From contig CM052817.1 in NCBI GenBank assembly GCA_028534125.1, forward strand, positions 71,674,001 to 71,738,000: DNA of 64,000 bases, given 5' to 3'. Below, piece by piece: positions 24,771 through 37,763 of this stretch. The stretch is from Lama glama. Its lineage: Eukaryota. The notes under the pieces are model-generated. The model worked only from the letters and a program-made list of their open reading frames with translations. It had not been told where the DNA came from and made no database searches. Numbering within the stretch: the first letter of the stretch is position 1; each line of letters starts with the position of its first letter. A program made the position numbers and the translations under genes.

Positions 24771-27210
24771 ATTTGAATATCAGACAGACTTCAATAATTT
24801 TCCATCTTGAAAAATGGAAAACTACTGAAGTCTGCTCAGTAGGGAAGGATTTGAAGAAGTGGTATTTTGAGAATGTCTAAACAAGAGAGGTTTAGAGACA
24901 GCAATCTTATTGGAAGAAGGGACTTAGAGCTGTATTTGCATAGTGCATTACATAATATTGAAATAATCCACATTCTATCAAAGTATGTGGGAGACTATGG
25001 GGAGGGGGCTAAACCTGACTGGTGCTAACTTCAGGTTGGGAGAATCTCGATCTCTTTTCTACCAATAAAGCTCTCAGCATTTTAATGTAAATCTGTCCTA
25101 AATCTCCACAGCAGGCTTAAACACCATATTTGAAAAGTGTTTACCCACATACAGCTAAAATTCTACCCATTCCTTCTAAACCACTCACCCCATGGGAAGG
25201 AGAATGCCTCACAGAATGTAAAAACATAGCAGGTCCTTCTGCCCTGCAACTTTGCATAATCTACCTGCTTCCTTGTGGCTTTGGCGTGGAATACAAAAGG
25301 GAACAAACACAGCGTGGGCTAGTCAGGAATGGGAGAAAACTAACTAGAACACCACTGCTGAAAATACGTGGTCACGTCTGCCAGATCCATTTCATTATCC
25401 TCAAGTGGATTCAAAGCAGCCCAGCCGATGCCTACATGAAGCCTGAGTGAGTCTCCAGAGTTTGGAGACACCATCAGAGAAAGATAGCTTATTCTCCCTT
25501 CCATGCATGAGGATGTACCGATCCAAGAAACCCCTGTTCCCCACTGAGTTCTTACAAAGACTGCTGTCTGAAGCAGGTATCATATCTTTCAAGAACCTAC
25601 ACTCATCCACATGGAAATAAATTCATCTTTTAATTTTTAATATAATTTCACAAAATGACAGTTTTAGATGCTTCAAGGAATACAGAAGTATCTGACAAGG
25701 AAGTGCCTGTGATCTAGTGGGGAAATCATGTATTTATCAAAAATAGAATAAGGGAAGGAAAGGTAAATAAGAGGTAAGTAACAATGTAAAATGGCAATAT
25801 AATAAATTTCATGGGTATCAAATAATTGGTAGAGAAAATATTCATATTTGTAAGTTCAGAGGGCTGTGTAATCACTAGATGAGTTGGTTTTAAAAGGCCT
25901 CATAGAAGAAGTGGGGCTTGTGCTTGGTAAGATTTCAGTGAGCAGATTTTGAATTTTTTTCCTCTACAAGATTCATTTTGACTCATTTTATTATAACTTT
26001 CATTTCACAGAATTACCTTCAGAGGTAAAGGAAAGTTTAAAGAAAGGGAAGGTGGAAACAATTATAAAATTCAGTAGAAATTCAAACGTTCTACCCTAGG
26101 AACAGCTGAATTCCAGCTTCTCCTGGGCTCTCCAGCTGTGGTGGTCTCACAGAACAGCTTCTAAACACTTCTCCAAGGTGGGGAGTGAGAGACACCATTC
26201 ATAAGGCGAGTACTGTTTCACTGAGTACATAATAGTGCAAGGAGTTGCCCATCATTCTGATCATTACCTGATTCAGTAAATGTGATAATGAGTAAAGTTG
26301 TTTTAATACTGCTGTGCATGTTCAAGCAAGGTTAGTAGCATCATTTTTCTGCTGTCTGTGGAAGTATTTTATAGACTAGATGCTAGAAAACTTCTGAATG
26401 TGGAACTGTTTGTCAATGAAGCATAGGGAGTATGCTGTTTACCTCCCCTCCCCCAAGGACACAGGAAGGCAATAATGTTCTACATATATCAAGAGAAATG
26501 TTAAATAAAGCTAGTGAAAGTTAAAGCTCATGAAATTGGACAAATGAAGACAATTAAACCCATGAAGAAGGAAAATACAATGCTGTGTGCTCTCCTATGG
26601 CACAAAGATACATCGGGGCAAGTGAGAGAGAGGGACATGCAGCCAGGGAGTTGAGTAGTGAAGTGTTCATTACAACTACAACATAATAGATGAGCCTGCC
26701 AGTGCATGGCTCATAAGTGAAAGCAAAACATTCTCTTGGAGTATGGGGCCATTTTCTGACTTGGCTCGATTTATATTCAAAATATAAAGCATAATTTCTT
26801 ACATAATGTTTGGCATTTTACTTCATAATATTTTAGTCACCATTATCATGACTCTTCAGATTGAAATTTCAGGAAGTCTTTATTTCATTTCCTATTGCTT
26901 ACAACATCTCACTTTTAATGTCAAACAGAATTTTTTTCTCAACATGCTATGACATTATCATAGAAATTTTCAAATATTATGAGTGCATAAAGAGAGGAGT
27001 TAAAGATACTTTTCCAGCTATAATGCCAAAACTTTGTTATTATTCCAGTGCCAAATATTTTAAAGCCATTTCTACGTGAAGAATAAGTATTGATAATTAA
27101 ATCCAGGAATTCCACCTTAATTTATTTTCCTTCTAGAAATAACTACCAATAAGTAAATAACACTTCTATATTATTCACATCAGGAGTGGAATTATACATG
27201 TGCACTTTGA

Positions 27211-28249
27211 TTTTGGCGTCTATCTTCATCAGTGATATTGGCCTGTAATTCTCTTTTTTGGTGGTGTCTTTGCCTGGTTTTAGTATCAGGGTGATGGTGG
27301 CTTCATAGAATGAGTTTGGGAGTATTCCCTTCTTTTCAATCTTCTGGAAGAGTTTGAGAAGGACTGGTATGAGTTCTTCTTTGTATGTTTGGTAGAATTC
27401 CCTGGTGAAGCCATCCAGTCCTGGTCTTTTATTTGTAGGGAGGTTTTTTTTTTTTTTATTGCTAATTTGATTTCATTTCTAGTGATCGGTTTCTTCAAGT
27501 GGTCAGTTTCTTCATGATTCAGTCTTGGTGGACTGTATGTTTCCAGAAACTTGTCTATCTCCTCTAGGTTATCCAGTTTGGTTCCATATAGTTTTTCATA
27601 ATATTCTCGTATGAAATTCTGTATTTCTATGTTTTTTGTTGTAATTTCTCCATTTTCCTTTCTTATTTTGCTTATTTGTGCTCTTTTTTTCTTCTTTGTG
27701 AGTTTGGCCAGAGGTTTGTTGACTTTATTTACTTTTTCAAAAAACCAGCTTCTGGTTTGATTGATTTTTTTCTATGGTTTTTTTAGTCTCTACTTTAGTT
27801 GTTTCATCTCTGATCTTCATTATTTCCTTCCTTCTGCTGCCTTTTGGGTATTTTTTTTTTTTTTTGCTCTTCTTTTTNNNNNNNNNNNNNNNNNNNNNNN
27901 NNNNNNNNNNNNNNNNNNNNNNNNNNNNNNNNNNNNNNNNNNNNNNNNNNNNNNNNNNNNNNNNNNNNNNNNNNNNNTCAAGGTATTTTTTAATTTCAAC
28001 TTTGATTTCATCATTGACCCATTGGTTTTTTAATAGCATGCTGTTTAATCTCCACACTTTCCTTTTTCTCTCCTTTGTTTCTCTGTAGTTGATTTCTAGT
28101 TTCATGGCATTGTGGTCAGTAAAGATGCTTGAGATAATTTCTATCTTCTTAATAATTGTTGAGGCTTCTTTTGTGCCCAGGTACATGATCAAGCCTAGAA
28201 AATGTTTCATGTGCACTTGAAAAGAATGTATATCCTATTTTGGGGGGAG
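27211..28249 (-). mobile_element. Internal L1 ORF2 fragment (end of endonuclease domain to pre-RT region), flanked by a 15-bp direct repeat
   Basis: Translates KKIEIISSIFTDHNAMKLEINY...WRLNSMLLKNQWVNDEIKVEIKKYL. ACATGTGCACTTTGA occurs at 27196-27210 and 28250-28264. Confidence 0.93.
27878..27977. other. Assembly gap (100 N)
   Basis: Run of N. Confidence 1.
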
Positions 28250-29389
28250 ACATGTGCACTTTGAATATGGAGATGGATACACATCCTAGGGTGTATTCAT
28301 CAGGCAGAGGTGACTGTGAAATGACACATGTGAGAGTTAGATAACCATGTAAATTAATGTTGTTTAAGTCACTGTGTATAATGGTCATGCTTGTGTTTAT
28401 ATCCTCAAAAGATAGCGATAAATGAGAAGTACCAAGACACTATAATCACTATTCTAAATGGAAGCCAAATCTCTCAAAAATGTTTTTAAAACTTCACGTT
28501 AATGGTTCATTCATGTATTGCCAATTTTTCTGATTGCCTTCTATGTGTCAGGCAGTGTGACAGAGAAGAAATTATTAAATATTGCAAAATAGTTAATCCT
28601 GTAACTAATAAACACTGACTTTTATTATATGTACTAGAAAGTGCATTGGGCTGGGTGTCTACACGTGGCTCTGCCTTCACCTGGCTCAGGGACCTTTGAA
28701 AGGTTATCTAGCCTCACCCTAGGTTTTTATCTTCTTGTCTATAAACTATATCATATCTAAATTATATTGCAGCTCTAAATTTCCATGTTCTTAGAAGAGA
28801 TAAACTTGTCTTTATTTTTAACCAACTTATTGTCGAACAAAATTTTAAGATAAAGTAGAAAAATTGGTTAGGCTGTGATGCTAATGAAACCATGCTCATA
28901 ATTCTCGTTTTGATCTAAGTTCTAGAACAGACTCATACCAAGTCCTACTGACTGGCCTTGCAGAAAAATGTTCTGATTTATGGGTAACACATGGGTGTGA
29001 CAGATAAAAGACAATTCAACTAAAAGTGCGCACCCTACTGATGATAGCAATGTAATTTCATCTTTGTAGACCAAAGGGCAACAGTGAAATTCATTGGTTT
29101 AGGCTGATTTTCCTTTACAGAAACTAAAAGGAAACTCTCTGGGAAGCTGGTGAAAGTGGAATTAGGACATCTGCCCTTCTGGTGGTGGACAGAAAAGGCA
29201 CTGATGGTTTGAGAATGGTGACAAAGAGAGGCTGAAGGAACCAGGAGGGATGACTTCCTCTGCTCAGAGATGGGAGGTGTGCTCCTTAAGTCCTGAGCAG
29301 CAGATCCTGCAGCCATTCTTGGGAGCAAAGAAGGCACAGGCACTGAGCATTATTTAAATACAACTTCTGTTTAGATCTCCAAACAAGAG

Positions 29390-29950
29390 ATACTTACTTT
29401 GTGGCTACTATGTGCCTAGCACACTTCTAGGAATGAGGATACAAGAAAAAGTTTCTGTTCAGTGGAGCTTACATTCTGGTTGGGGAGACAGACCATACCC
29501 GTTAATAAAAAACTAAGTGAAACAACTTCAGGTGGAAAGAAGGCTATAAGAACTGTGAAATAGTTTGATGGGATAGACAGCGTGATGAAGGAGGGAGAAG
29601 GGCAGTGATAATAAGGCCAAGGCAGTCAGCGAGGCACTCTCTGAGGAAGTGGCACTTGAGATAGGGCAGGAATGGGGAGAAGGAGGCAGTCTCACAAAGG
29701 TGTTGGGGAAATGTGCTTTAGGTAAGGGGACAGCCCAAAAATGGGACTCCAGAGTGTTCAAGGAACAGAAAGGAAGTTCTTGAAAATGGAGTGTAGGAGA
29801 TAAAAAGAAAAGACATCTTGGAGGTACTTGCAGGCCACAGAAAAGTTCTAAATGTTATTTCAATTGCACTGGGAAGCCACTGAGAGTTTTAAACAGGGAA
29901 GTAATACAATTCATGCTTTTAAAAAGTTACTATGGCTGCTGTGTGTATCA
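29390..29950 (-). mobile_element. L2 LINE relic
   Basis: ctactatgtgcctagcac...tggagcttacattctggttggggagacaga...ggcactctctgaggaagtggcacttgag...gggaagccactgagagttttaaacaggg. Confidence 0.75.
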
Positions 29951-31345
29951 TATTGTTTGGGAATGAAAAAGGGAAAAGTAAACCATATGAAAATTCATAC
30001 AGCTTTTCTTCAATAAAAATAAAATCAGATTTTCAGATGTGAAACATTTGTTTTATCTACATGTGTGTCTAAATATCAGATTCTTCAATTAAAGCTTAAT
30101 AAGGTATATTTGTTATTTGTCTGTCCTGTAATCCATGTTGTAAAAACAATCTCCAAGGGAGGGGATAATGTTTAATAATGTCCAAAAGAGGGCCCCAGGA
30201 TGGGCGGGGTGGGTGAGATGCGGGGAAGATTGGAAGGAAGTGGATAATCCCTGGAATGGAAATCTCAGCACAAAAAGGAGGTCAGCAATTGAAAACATGA
30301 TTTATGGAAAAGTACAAAAGTACAAAAGTACAAACCCAGATAAATAATTTAACTTATCCTAATAAACCAGAAATATGGAATGATGATGATGGGAAATAGA
30401 TTTGTTATTTTCCAGAGACAGTATGAATACCTTTCTTAGCACAGGTAACTTAATGGATCAAGATACAGGAGGACAGTTCTTACAGGGAAATAACAGACGC
30501 AAGTAAACATCTTGAGTTTTTCATGAAGGACTTGACCCCACATAACTGTTTTTCTAAATATTAAATAACGTATCTTCAGGAAAATACGTAAAACAAAAAA
30601 AGAATAGTAACACAAAACTGGAAAAGAATTACCTCATAATTTTATGTATCACCAAAGAAAATCACTGTTTATAACACTTTGCTTTATGTTTCTAGTCTTT
30701 CTCTATGTGTATGTATTTTCCAACGAGAGATTCATATTGTACATACCATTTTATTGTCTGCTTTTATCACTTAATGTGAGGACACATACATTTTGTGCAT
30801 TTTCTTTTTTTTCTACAGTAAACCTGTATTGAATTCTAAGTAGAACAGTTATAATGTAGTACCATACTCAAAAATGGTTAATATTTTAGAGAGACAGGCT
30901 GGTAGAAAGCTGTCATGTAAACTTAGTTCAATTTCTAAGTTTATAATTAAAAGAGGAAATGAGTTGTTCCTTCAACTTAAATTTTATCTGATTACCATTT
31001 AACCATTTATTCTATCTGTATATCATCTATGAATTTGGCAACATGCAGTGAGTGCAGTGTTGGGAATAAAAAGGAATTAGAAAACATAATGAGTGACCCT
31101 AACCCCAAAACATTGTATGGGGGGAAAGGCATATATTAGGTCAAGCAAGTAGAAAACAATTCAAAGCAGCAAATAAATAACTTAAGACAGTGTCCAGCAT
31201 ACGCTCTGCAGCACTTTAGAACAAAGAAAAGCCACTTTCATGAAGTTGAAGTTAGTTTCTTTGGCCAAGCACACTTGTGTGCCAGACATTGTACCAAATA
31301 CTATGAACACAAACAAGCAAGAGACAAGGTCCTGAAGCTCTAGAG

Positions 31346-31653
31346 CTGCACTATCCACCAGGGTAGCCACTAGCCCACGTGAGTACTGAGGGCCCGAGAC
31401 ATGGGTAGTCTAAACTGAGATGTGCTGTAAGCACAAAGCACATGGGATCTGACAGTATGAAAAAATATTATTAATTTTTATATCAAGTACATTTTTCTAA
31501 TTTTGAGTACATGGAATGACAATGTTTTGGACCTATATTAAAATATATTATCAAAATTAGTCTCTTCCATTTCTTTTTCATTTTTTAATGTGGTTACTAG
31601 AAAGTTGAAAGTTACATATAGGGCTCACTTTATATTTCTATTAACTGGTGCTG
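31346..31653. mobile_element. MER33/MER3-like hAT-Charlie element with 8-bp TSD
   Basis: gtagccactagcccacgtgagtactgag...aactgagatgtgctgtaag...gtggttactagaaagttgaaagttacata. Flanks CTCTAGAG and CTCTAGAT match at 7/8. Confidence 0.85.
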
Positions 31654-32571
31654 CTCTAGATTTTTAAGAACTGGAACAAGAAAAGGCAAATTAAAGCCAT
31701 GTAAGACAACCTACACAAAATGCCAGAAGAGAGGAAAGAGACACTGTAGTTGCCAAAAACCTACACTCTCCCTAGCAGTGGGTGAGAGTGAGGGAAGAAT
31801 CTTGGCTGATGCCAGGGAGGAATTGTAACTCTGACGGAAAAATGAAACATGGAAAAGAGAGAGGCGATAACAATGTGTTTGTGGGGAGTGACAATACTTA
31901 GCTTTAGACAAACTGAATTGCAGGTGAGGGTGAAATATGCAAGTGGACACAGACTGGCATAGTTTTGACCTTGAATCTCAGAAAAAAAAATTTGGGTTAG
32001 TGATGAAATTTAGGGGTTCTCTAGAAGATGTGTTGGTTGAGTTATCCAAAGAAGGAAGAGAATGAAGAGAGCACGTCTGATTAATGAAGAACTACATTTA
32101 GAGGACAAGAGAAGACATTGAGAAGACAGAATGGGGAGAGATGAACCAAAGCAGTGTAGTGTCATGGAAGCTAAGGGAGAGGAGATATGAGGACAAGGAA
32201 TGGATCATCCGTTTTTCCTCTGTGCTTTTATTTACATGAATTGAGTCTTCATTCACTAAAAGTTAATTAGACACCTACTCTATGCTGGGTATTGTGAGCA
32301 TTGCTGGAGACAGCAATAAACATATGGTGGTGAAAACAGTACAGTGTAGAGGGAGGGTTGGGTGAGGAGGCTACGGAGGTAGAAAGAAAAATATAGAGAT
32401 TACAGAGTTTTTCCCAAATGACCATTAGTGACCAAAACCACTGGTAGATCATAGCACCAAAACAAGAACCTAAATTAATCAAAGGTAGGATCAGATTACT
32501 TAATAAGGCGTATAATGAAGTTAACCAAATATTTAATTATATATATTTTTGCTGTACAGATAAAGCCTAAA

Positions 32572-32797
32572 GCTGGGTTTCTCAACCTCAGCACCACTGA
32601 CACTTGGACTAGATATTGCACGCGGGGGCTGGCCTGTGCACTGCAGGATGTTTAGCAGCATCTAGGGCCTCTACCTCCCAGATGCCAATAGCAATCCCCT
32701 CCCCTTCCATTCCACAAGCCTTGAGAAACTGGTTGCCTTATATTGCCAGGTGTGCTCTGAGGGGAGGGCAAAATTGTCCCTGATTGACAACTACCAG
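32572..32797. mobile_element. MER20 hAT-Charlie element
   Basis: tttctcaacctcagcaccactgacacttggactagata...cctgtgcactgcaggatgtttagcagcatc...gggcaaaattgtccctgattgacaactacc. Confidence 0.88.
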
Positions 32798-32823
32798 CCT
32801 GAAGTAAAAATTCAGCAATTAAC

Positions 32824-32919
32824 TGAAGGAATTATCTTCTAGCGTGATTTTAACTATTATCCTTTACTATACATGGTAAAGAATCATAGTCAAAATCACG
32901 CTAGAGGATAATTTCTTCA
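32824..32919. repeat. 96-nt imperfect inverted repeat (44-bp arms, 39/44 complementary)
   Basis: Arms 32824-32867 and 32876-32919 were aligned by hand. Confidence 0.95.
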
Positions 32920-34849
32920 ACTCTCCATAGCATTAATAAATAGAATTTGATTTCTTACATATAAAAGGATACCTGGTGATGTGGAGCTGGGCAGGGGGAT
33001 GTGGTCATTTGGAAGCCAAGACTCCTTCCATCTTGTGACTCTTCCATCTTCAACATGTGAATTTCCAGATGTCAACAAGGGTGTCAACAAGGAGCTGGCA
33101 GTTCAAGGGAGACAGTATGTAGGATCAGGTGGTTCTTATAGGCCAGGCCTGAAGAGAGTGTGTCACTTCTCTCCATATTCCCTTAGCCAAGATGGAGTCA
33201 CATTTCCACCACAAAGAAGGCTGAGAAACGTTGCCCCACTGTGTGAACCCAGGAGGACAGGGAGATATGTCTCAAGAACAATTAGCTACATCACTGCCAA
33301 TGAGCCCAGATTACCTTGGACCTCAAAAATAATTTTATCCTTAATTGTCAGATTTGAATGTCTAAATGAATCAAATTTATTTAAAAATTGTTAGATAGAT
33401 CTCCATGTATCTTACTGCCACATACAGACTTGTTGCATTTGAGTTGGCAGTACTGAGTTTCAGTTGCTAAAGAAAAGCAACAAAATCAATAAGGGATTCT
33501 GTGCTGAATGTCACAGGCTCATTATGCAAACAGCTTTATAAGCAGCTGGGGGAAATGAACAATACTGGCCTTCAGAGGGACTGCAGAACAGAGTATTAAG
33601 TGTTATGATTAAAATCACAAATTGGCTGGGCACTTGAACTCATAGCAGAGTTATCTCAGAAAAGTGACATGGCTCACTCTCTGGATGTGGATATGGGTAT
33701 TTCAGGTCTATAATGTGTTGTGGTAACACATCAATCATCAATCATCAAGAAAATGAAACAGGCTTCATTACAGTCATCTGAATTAATAACTCAGCTTCTC
33801 AAATCTATGACTTGTTTGAAAAATAGAATAGCAGTTAATTCGCATTAAACAGCATTAGGGCGTCACACTTATTTTCTTTGTTCTTCCACTATCCTAATGT
33901 TTGTCATCGTTTATCTCATAAGCTTGGCAGTACTTACACTTCATAGATTACAAAACTAAATTCTGAACACCCCAAGCCGATAGGAATACTATGGGGGTGC
34001 TACAGGGCAAAAACTAATGCAACGGCCACTCCGCTCAGTGCATGTTGGGGAGGGAACTCTCCCAGGGTCCTGACAGGCTTGACAATCAGATAAGCAGGTC
34101 TTATGTGTTGGATCTTGTAGAACCCTTTTACTTATAAACACTATTGTAAACATGATTTGTTGCTTAGGCTAGCTGTAAGGATTTAGATAGTGCATAATGT
34201 ACCTAAATACAAATGATTCATGGAGAAGTCTGGACTAACTCATAAATAGTACTAAATTCCTTCTCTTAGATTTGGAGGCTGCACGGTATGGTAAGTAGCA
34301 GCTGGGACCCATAATAACTAACTTACAGCATTACTGGATGCATTAAAAAGACGGAAAATAAAAGACATCTGGCACCAAGTGTGCACCACTAACGTTGGTT
34401 CTTTTTCATTCCATTTCCTTCCTCTTTCTTTCCACCTGAATGCAATTACCTTTACTTTGTTTCTATGCTATTCTGAAGTGCCAATAAAATGACCTTTGGA
34501 AAATAGAACAGGGAGTTGCTGTACCTAAGCCATCCCTAGAAGCAGTGTGAGACCGGTAGTAAATCACCTTGTGTGTATCCCTCTCACAGTACAAGTTCTG
34601 CTCAGGTGAAAAAGTCTAGTTAAGATAAACATTTAGAGCAATGGCGGTGGAATTAAGCATAAACTGTGAGCATGTAGGCGAATAATTTTTATACATATGT
34701 GACGAGAATGCACTTTCTTTGGATATGGCCTTAGGCCTCTATAAAAAATACTAGCAACTGGCACAGTACTTGTCTTCTACGTATGACCATCTTTGTCTGG
34801 CTCACTGCACTGTCTCAGCAAAATTCATCCTATAATGAGGGGAGGCCAG

Positions 34850-35270
34850 AACGGGGCACTCTCGCTAGGTGACCACCAAAGACACATGCTCCTCTCCTGA
34901 AGGGCAGAGTTGTTGCCGCCTGCCTGTCCCAGCCCCTCGGCTTTTATGAGGACTCACGTGACTAGTTCTGCCCAATGGCTGTGAGTGAAAGTAATGAAGG
35001 TGACTTCCAGGCCAAGGTGATTAAAAATCCGGTATGAATTCCTCATGGTCCCTTCTCTTCCCGTGGCAACCCTGGAGCCATATTTTGAACACGGCAACCC
35101 CACAGGATGGAAGGGGCCTGAATACCCCAGTCACAGCCTGGAGGAGTGCTGTCCCAGAAAGTTCACTAACAAAAGTGTCCACTTTGGGTATGCCCTGAGT
35201 GAGAAATAAATGACATAGCAGACATATTGGTACCGCTTGTCTGTGCAGTTAGACTACATTCACTAATACA
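34850..35270 (+). mobile_element. Ancient ERVL-class (LTR16/MLT1-like) LTR relic
   Basis: cacgtgactagttctgcccaatggctgtgagtgaaagtaatg...cttccaggccaagg...tgagtgagaaataaa...ttcactaataca. Confidence 0.6.
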
Positions 35271-35849
35271 TGGAATAATTGGCCATTTGGGGACTGGACT
35301 GAAAATAAATGACAAGTGAATGATATCAAGTATATTTATAGGAGGTTAAAGAAGGATTGACCATTTTGGTCCATCTGGATCAGAGAAGGTTTGTTTACTT
35401 GAGAAGAGAGGTAAGCTGGGTCCTGAGAATGATTAAAAAGAGAAGAAGAGGAAGGAAAAAGAAAACCCAAGCAGAAGCCTCAGCACAAGCCAACGCATCA
35501 TGACAGCAATGGGTAGAATGCTTCTGCAAGACAATCAATAGCCCAGTGTGGCATGGGAATAAATTTGAAAAAGGACTTTGAGAGATAAATAACCTTCTGG
35601 AGTTAAGGGAACTGGGGCTTCGGATACCATGTCATGAACCTGATCCTGTCAGTGAGTGGGACTCACTGAAGATTTCTGCATACTGCTAGGGCAGCATGAA
35701 AGATGACTTTAGGAAGAAGTGAGGAGATAGGAGAGCCAAGAAAGGAAACAGTGAAGATGCGGGGAGGGCTGGAGGCAGCAGGTAGAGAACAGCGGGATCT
35801 CTCCTTTCCCTCTCCACAGAGGAGGTCTACTTGGGCCATGCTCGCACTC

Positions 35850-36425
35850 CTTGACATGTGGCCACAGTCTTTTTGTCTAGCTGACAGCCATTCCCCCTTC
35901 TTATTTGCTGACAAATACCCTGAGTTTGTTTGTACCAGCCATGTGTGCTGTTCTAGAGAGAAACTGGCGTTGTTTCACATAAGTCATTTCCATCACATTC
36001 CTCTCCACCAGGTGAAGCCACAGCAGAGCCAAGTGAGTCAGGACTCCTGAGTGAAATGTCAGGGAAGCCTGCTGAGGACTTCTGGGAAGTTATTTTCTCC
36101 ACTGTCTTTTATCCACATTGTGTGGATAAAAGGAAAGAGCTCTTAAGGGAGAAAAACTTTTACTCTACCTCTCATCCTTCACTTCTGGCTTTTGAAAGAT
36201 TGTCATAGCTGGAGCTGTGACAATCAGCTTGAGACCACACAGGAGAGGTGGTGGAATGGACAGATAGGCAAATATTCGTTTCTTGATGACATGATTGAGC
36301 TGCCAAACCATGATGCTACTCCCTACCTCCAGACTTCCTGTTATGGGAGGTCATTAGATGTCTTTACAGGTTTAGCCACAGTTAGTTAAGTTTTCTTGAC
36401 TTGGAGCTAAAGCATCCCTGACTTA
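35850..36425 (+). mobile_element. Ancient ERVL-class (LTR16-like) LTR relic
   Basis: agccattcccccttcttatttgctgac...ctggagctgtgacaatcagcttgagacca...ttcttgatgacatgattgagctgcc...ctaaagcatccctgact. Confidence 0.65.
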
Positions 36426-37318
36426 TAAACTCCAAAAGAAATTATTTCTCTAAATGTATCTAAAATTTTCATATGCTCTAACCCATGGTAGGCTGTACCT
36501 GATGATTCTACGCTTGGAGATGTGTCTGAATCCTGAGTAGAGATTTTAAGTAATTAAGCTAACCCTTGCAATATATGCATATAAATATCTTAGGCACAGA
36601 TGCAAAAGACATCAGTTAAACCAAGAATAAAAGAGTCACCTGAAAACTCTTCAAAAGCTAATGAAAATCGACATCAAAGGAAAGTATCTAAATGCAGAAG
36701 TAAATAATTCACCAGATTACCATCAACGACAAGAGTAAAAATTAATGATGCAAAGTATGCAGAAGATAGAAGGAAATAACCATATCCACAAGAAATAGCA
36801 TTATTTTGCCCTGGATTTGCAACATCACTAATCAAAAAAAGCATCTAGAATTAAAGCTTTCAAATCAAAAGTGAAAATAAAATTTTCCCCAGATGTAAAT
36901 TTAATATGTGATTCAAATAAATTCAGTGGGAGTCATAATGTTTATACAGAAATGCATACATCCTGTTCACTGAAGAAACCATTTATCAGCCCTCTTAATA
37001 AATATTCCATGATAAAGGCAACTGGAAAACGAATGCATAAAAATCCTTTAGAGCCTTGAGTAAGATCTGTATATGTTTTGAAGAACAAAAACAGAGTTCT
37101 GAAGTGTATCTCTAGAAAATCAAAAGTGAAGGAAAGAAAGAGTATGCCATTGTCCAAAAAGCCAATATTCTATCTTATTCTGACCCTCTTTCTACTTGAG
37201 AAAAACTCTTCTGCTCTGAGACTGTTTTCATATGTTCTTACTTAGTGCTTTTCCATCAGTTGAATATCTGGCACATTGTGGTTCTCAACAAATGTTTGTT
37301 GAATGAATACCTAAAGAC

Positions 37319-37763
37319 TGTCATATTAATTCCCTTGTGGCTGTAACAAATTATCACAAGCTTAGTAGCTTAAAATAACATAAATTTATTCTCTCACATT
37401 TTTGGAGGCGAGAAGTCCAAAATCAGTATCACTGGGCCAAAATCAAGGTGTCAGAGGGCTATGCCTCATCCAGAAACTGTAGAGAAGAATCTGTTTCTTG
37501 CCATTTCCAGCTTCTCATAGCTGCCAGTCTTCACATCACCCGTATGTATGTCTGTGTGTAAAATCTCCCTCTGCCTCCCTTTTATAAGGACACATCAGAT
37601 TGCAATATTAAAACCCACCCTAATGCCTGATAATTCTCCATCTCAAGATTCTTAATTTAATCACATCTGCAAAGACTTTTTTTAACCACATAAGATAACG
37701 TTCACAGGTTCCAGGGATTAGGATGTAGGTAACTTTCAGGGGGATGATTTTTCAGCTTAAAAC
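37319..37763 (-). mobile_element. MLT1 (ERVL-MaLR) solo LTR
   Basis: ggctgtaacaaattatcacaagcttagtagcttaaaataacataaatttattctctcaca...aatcacatctgcaaagac...ttcacaggttccagggattagg. Confidence 0.88.

Noticed and set aside
27737..28216. ORFs spanning the 100-N gap
   Set aside because: L1 ORF2 debris plus Ns; not host genes.
30202..30226. G-quadruplex-like GGGCGGGGTGGGTGAGATGCGGGG
   Set aside because: Isolated, common motif with no supporting context.
30308..30334. (AAAAGTAC)x3 repeat
   Set aside because: Simple slippage tandem repeat without spacers; not CRISPR-like.
36109..36129. Two inverted TTATCCACA 9-mers identical to bacterial DnaA boxes
   Set aside because: Embedded in a mammalian LTR relic with no bacterial context; a by-product of the local palindrome.
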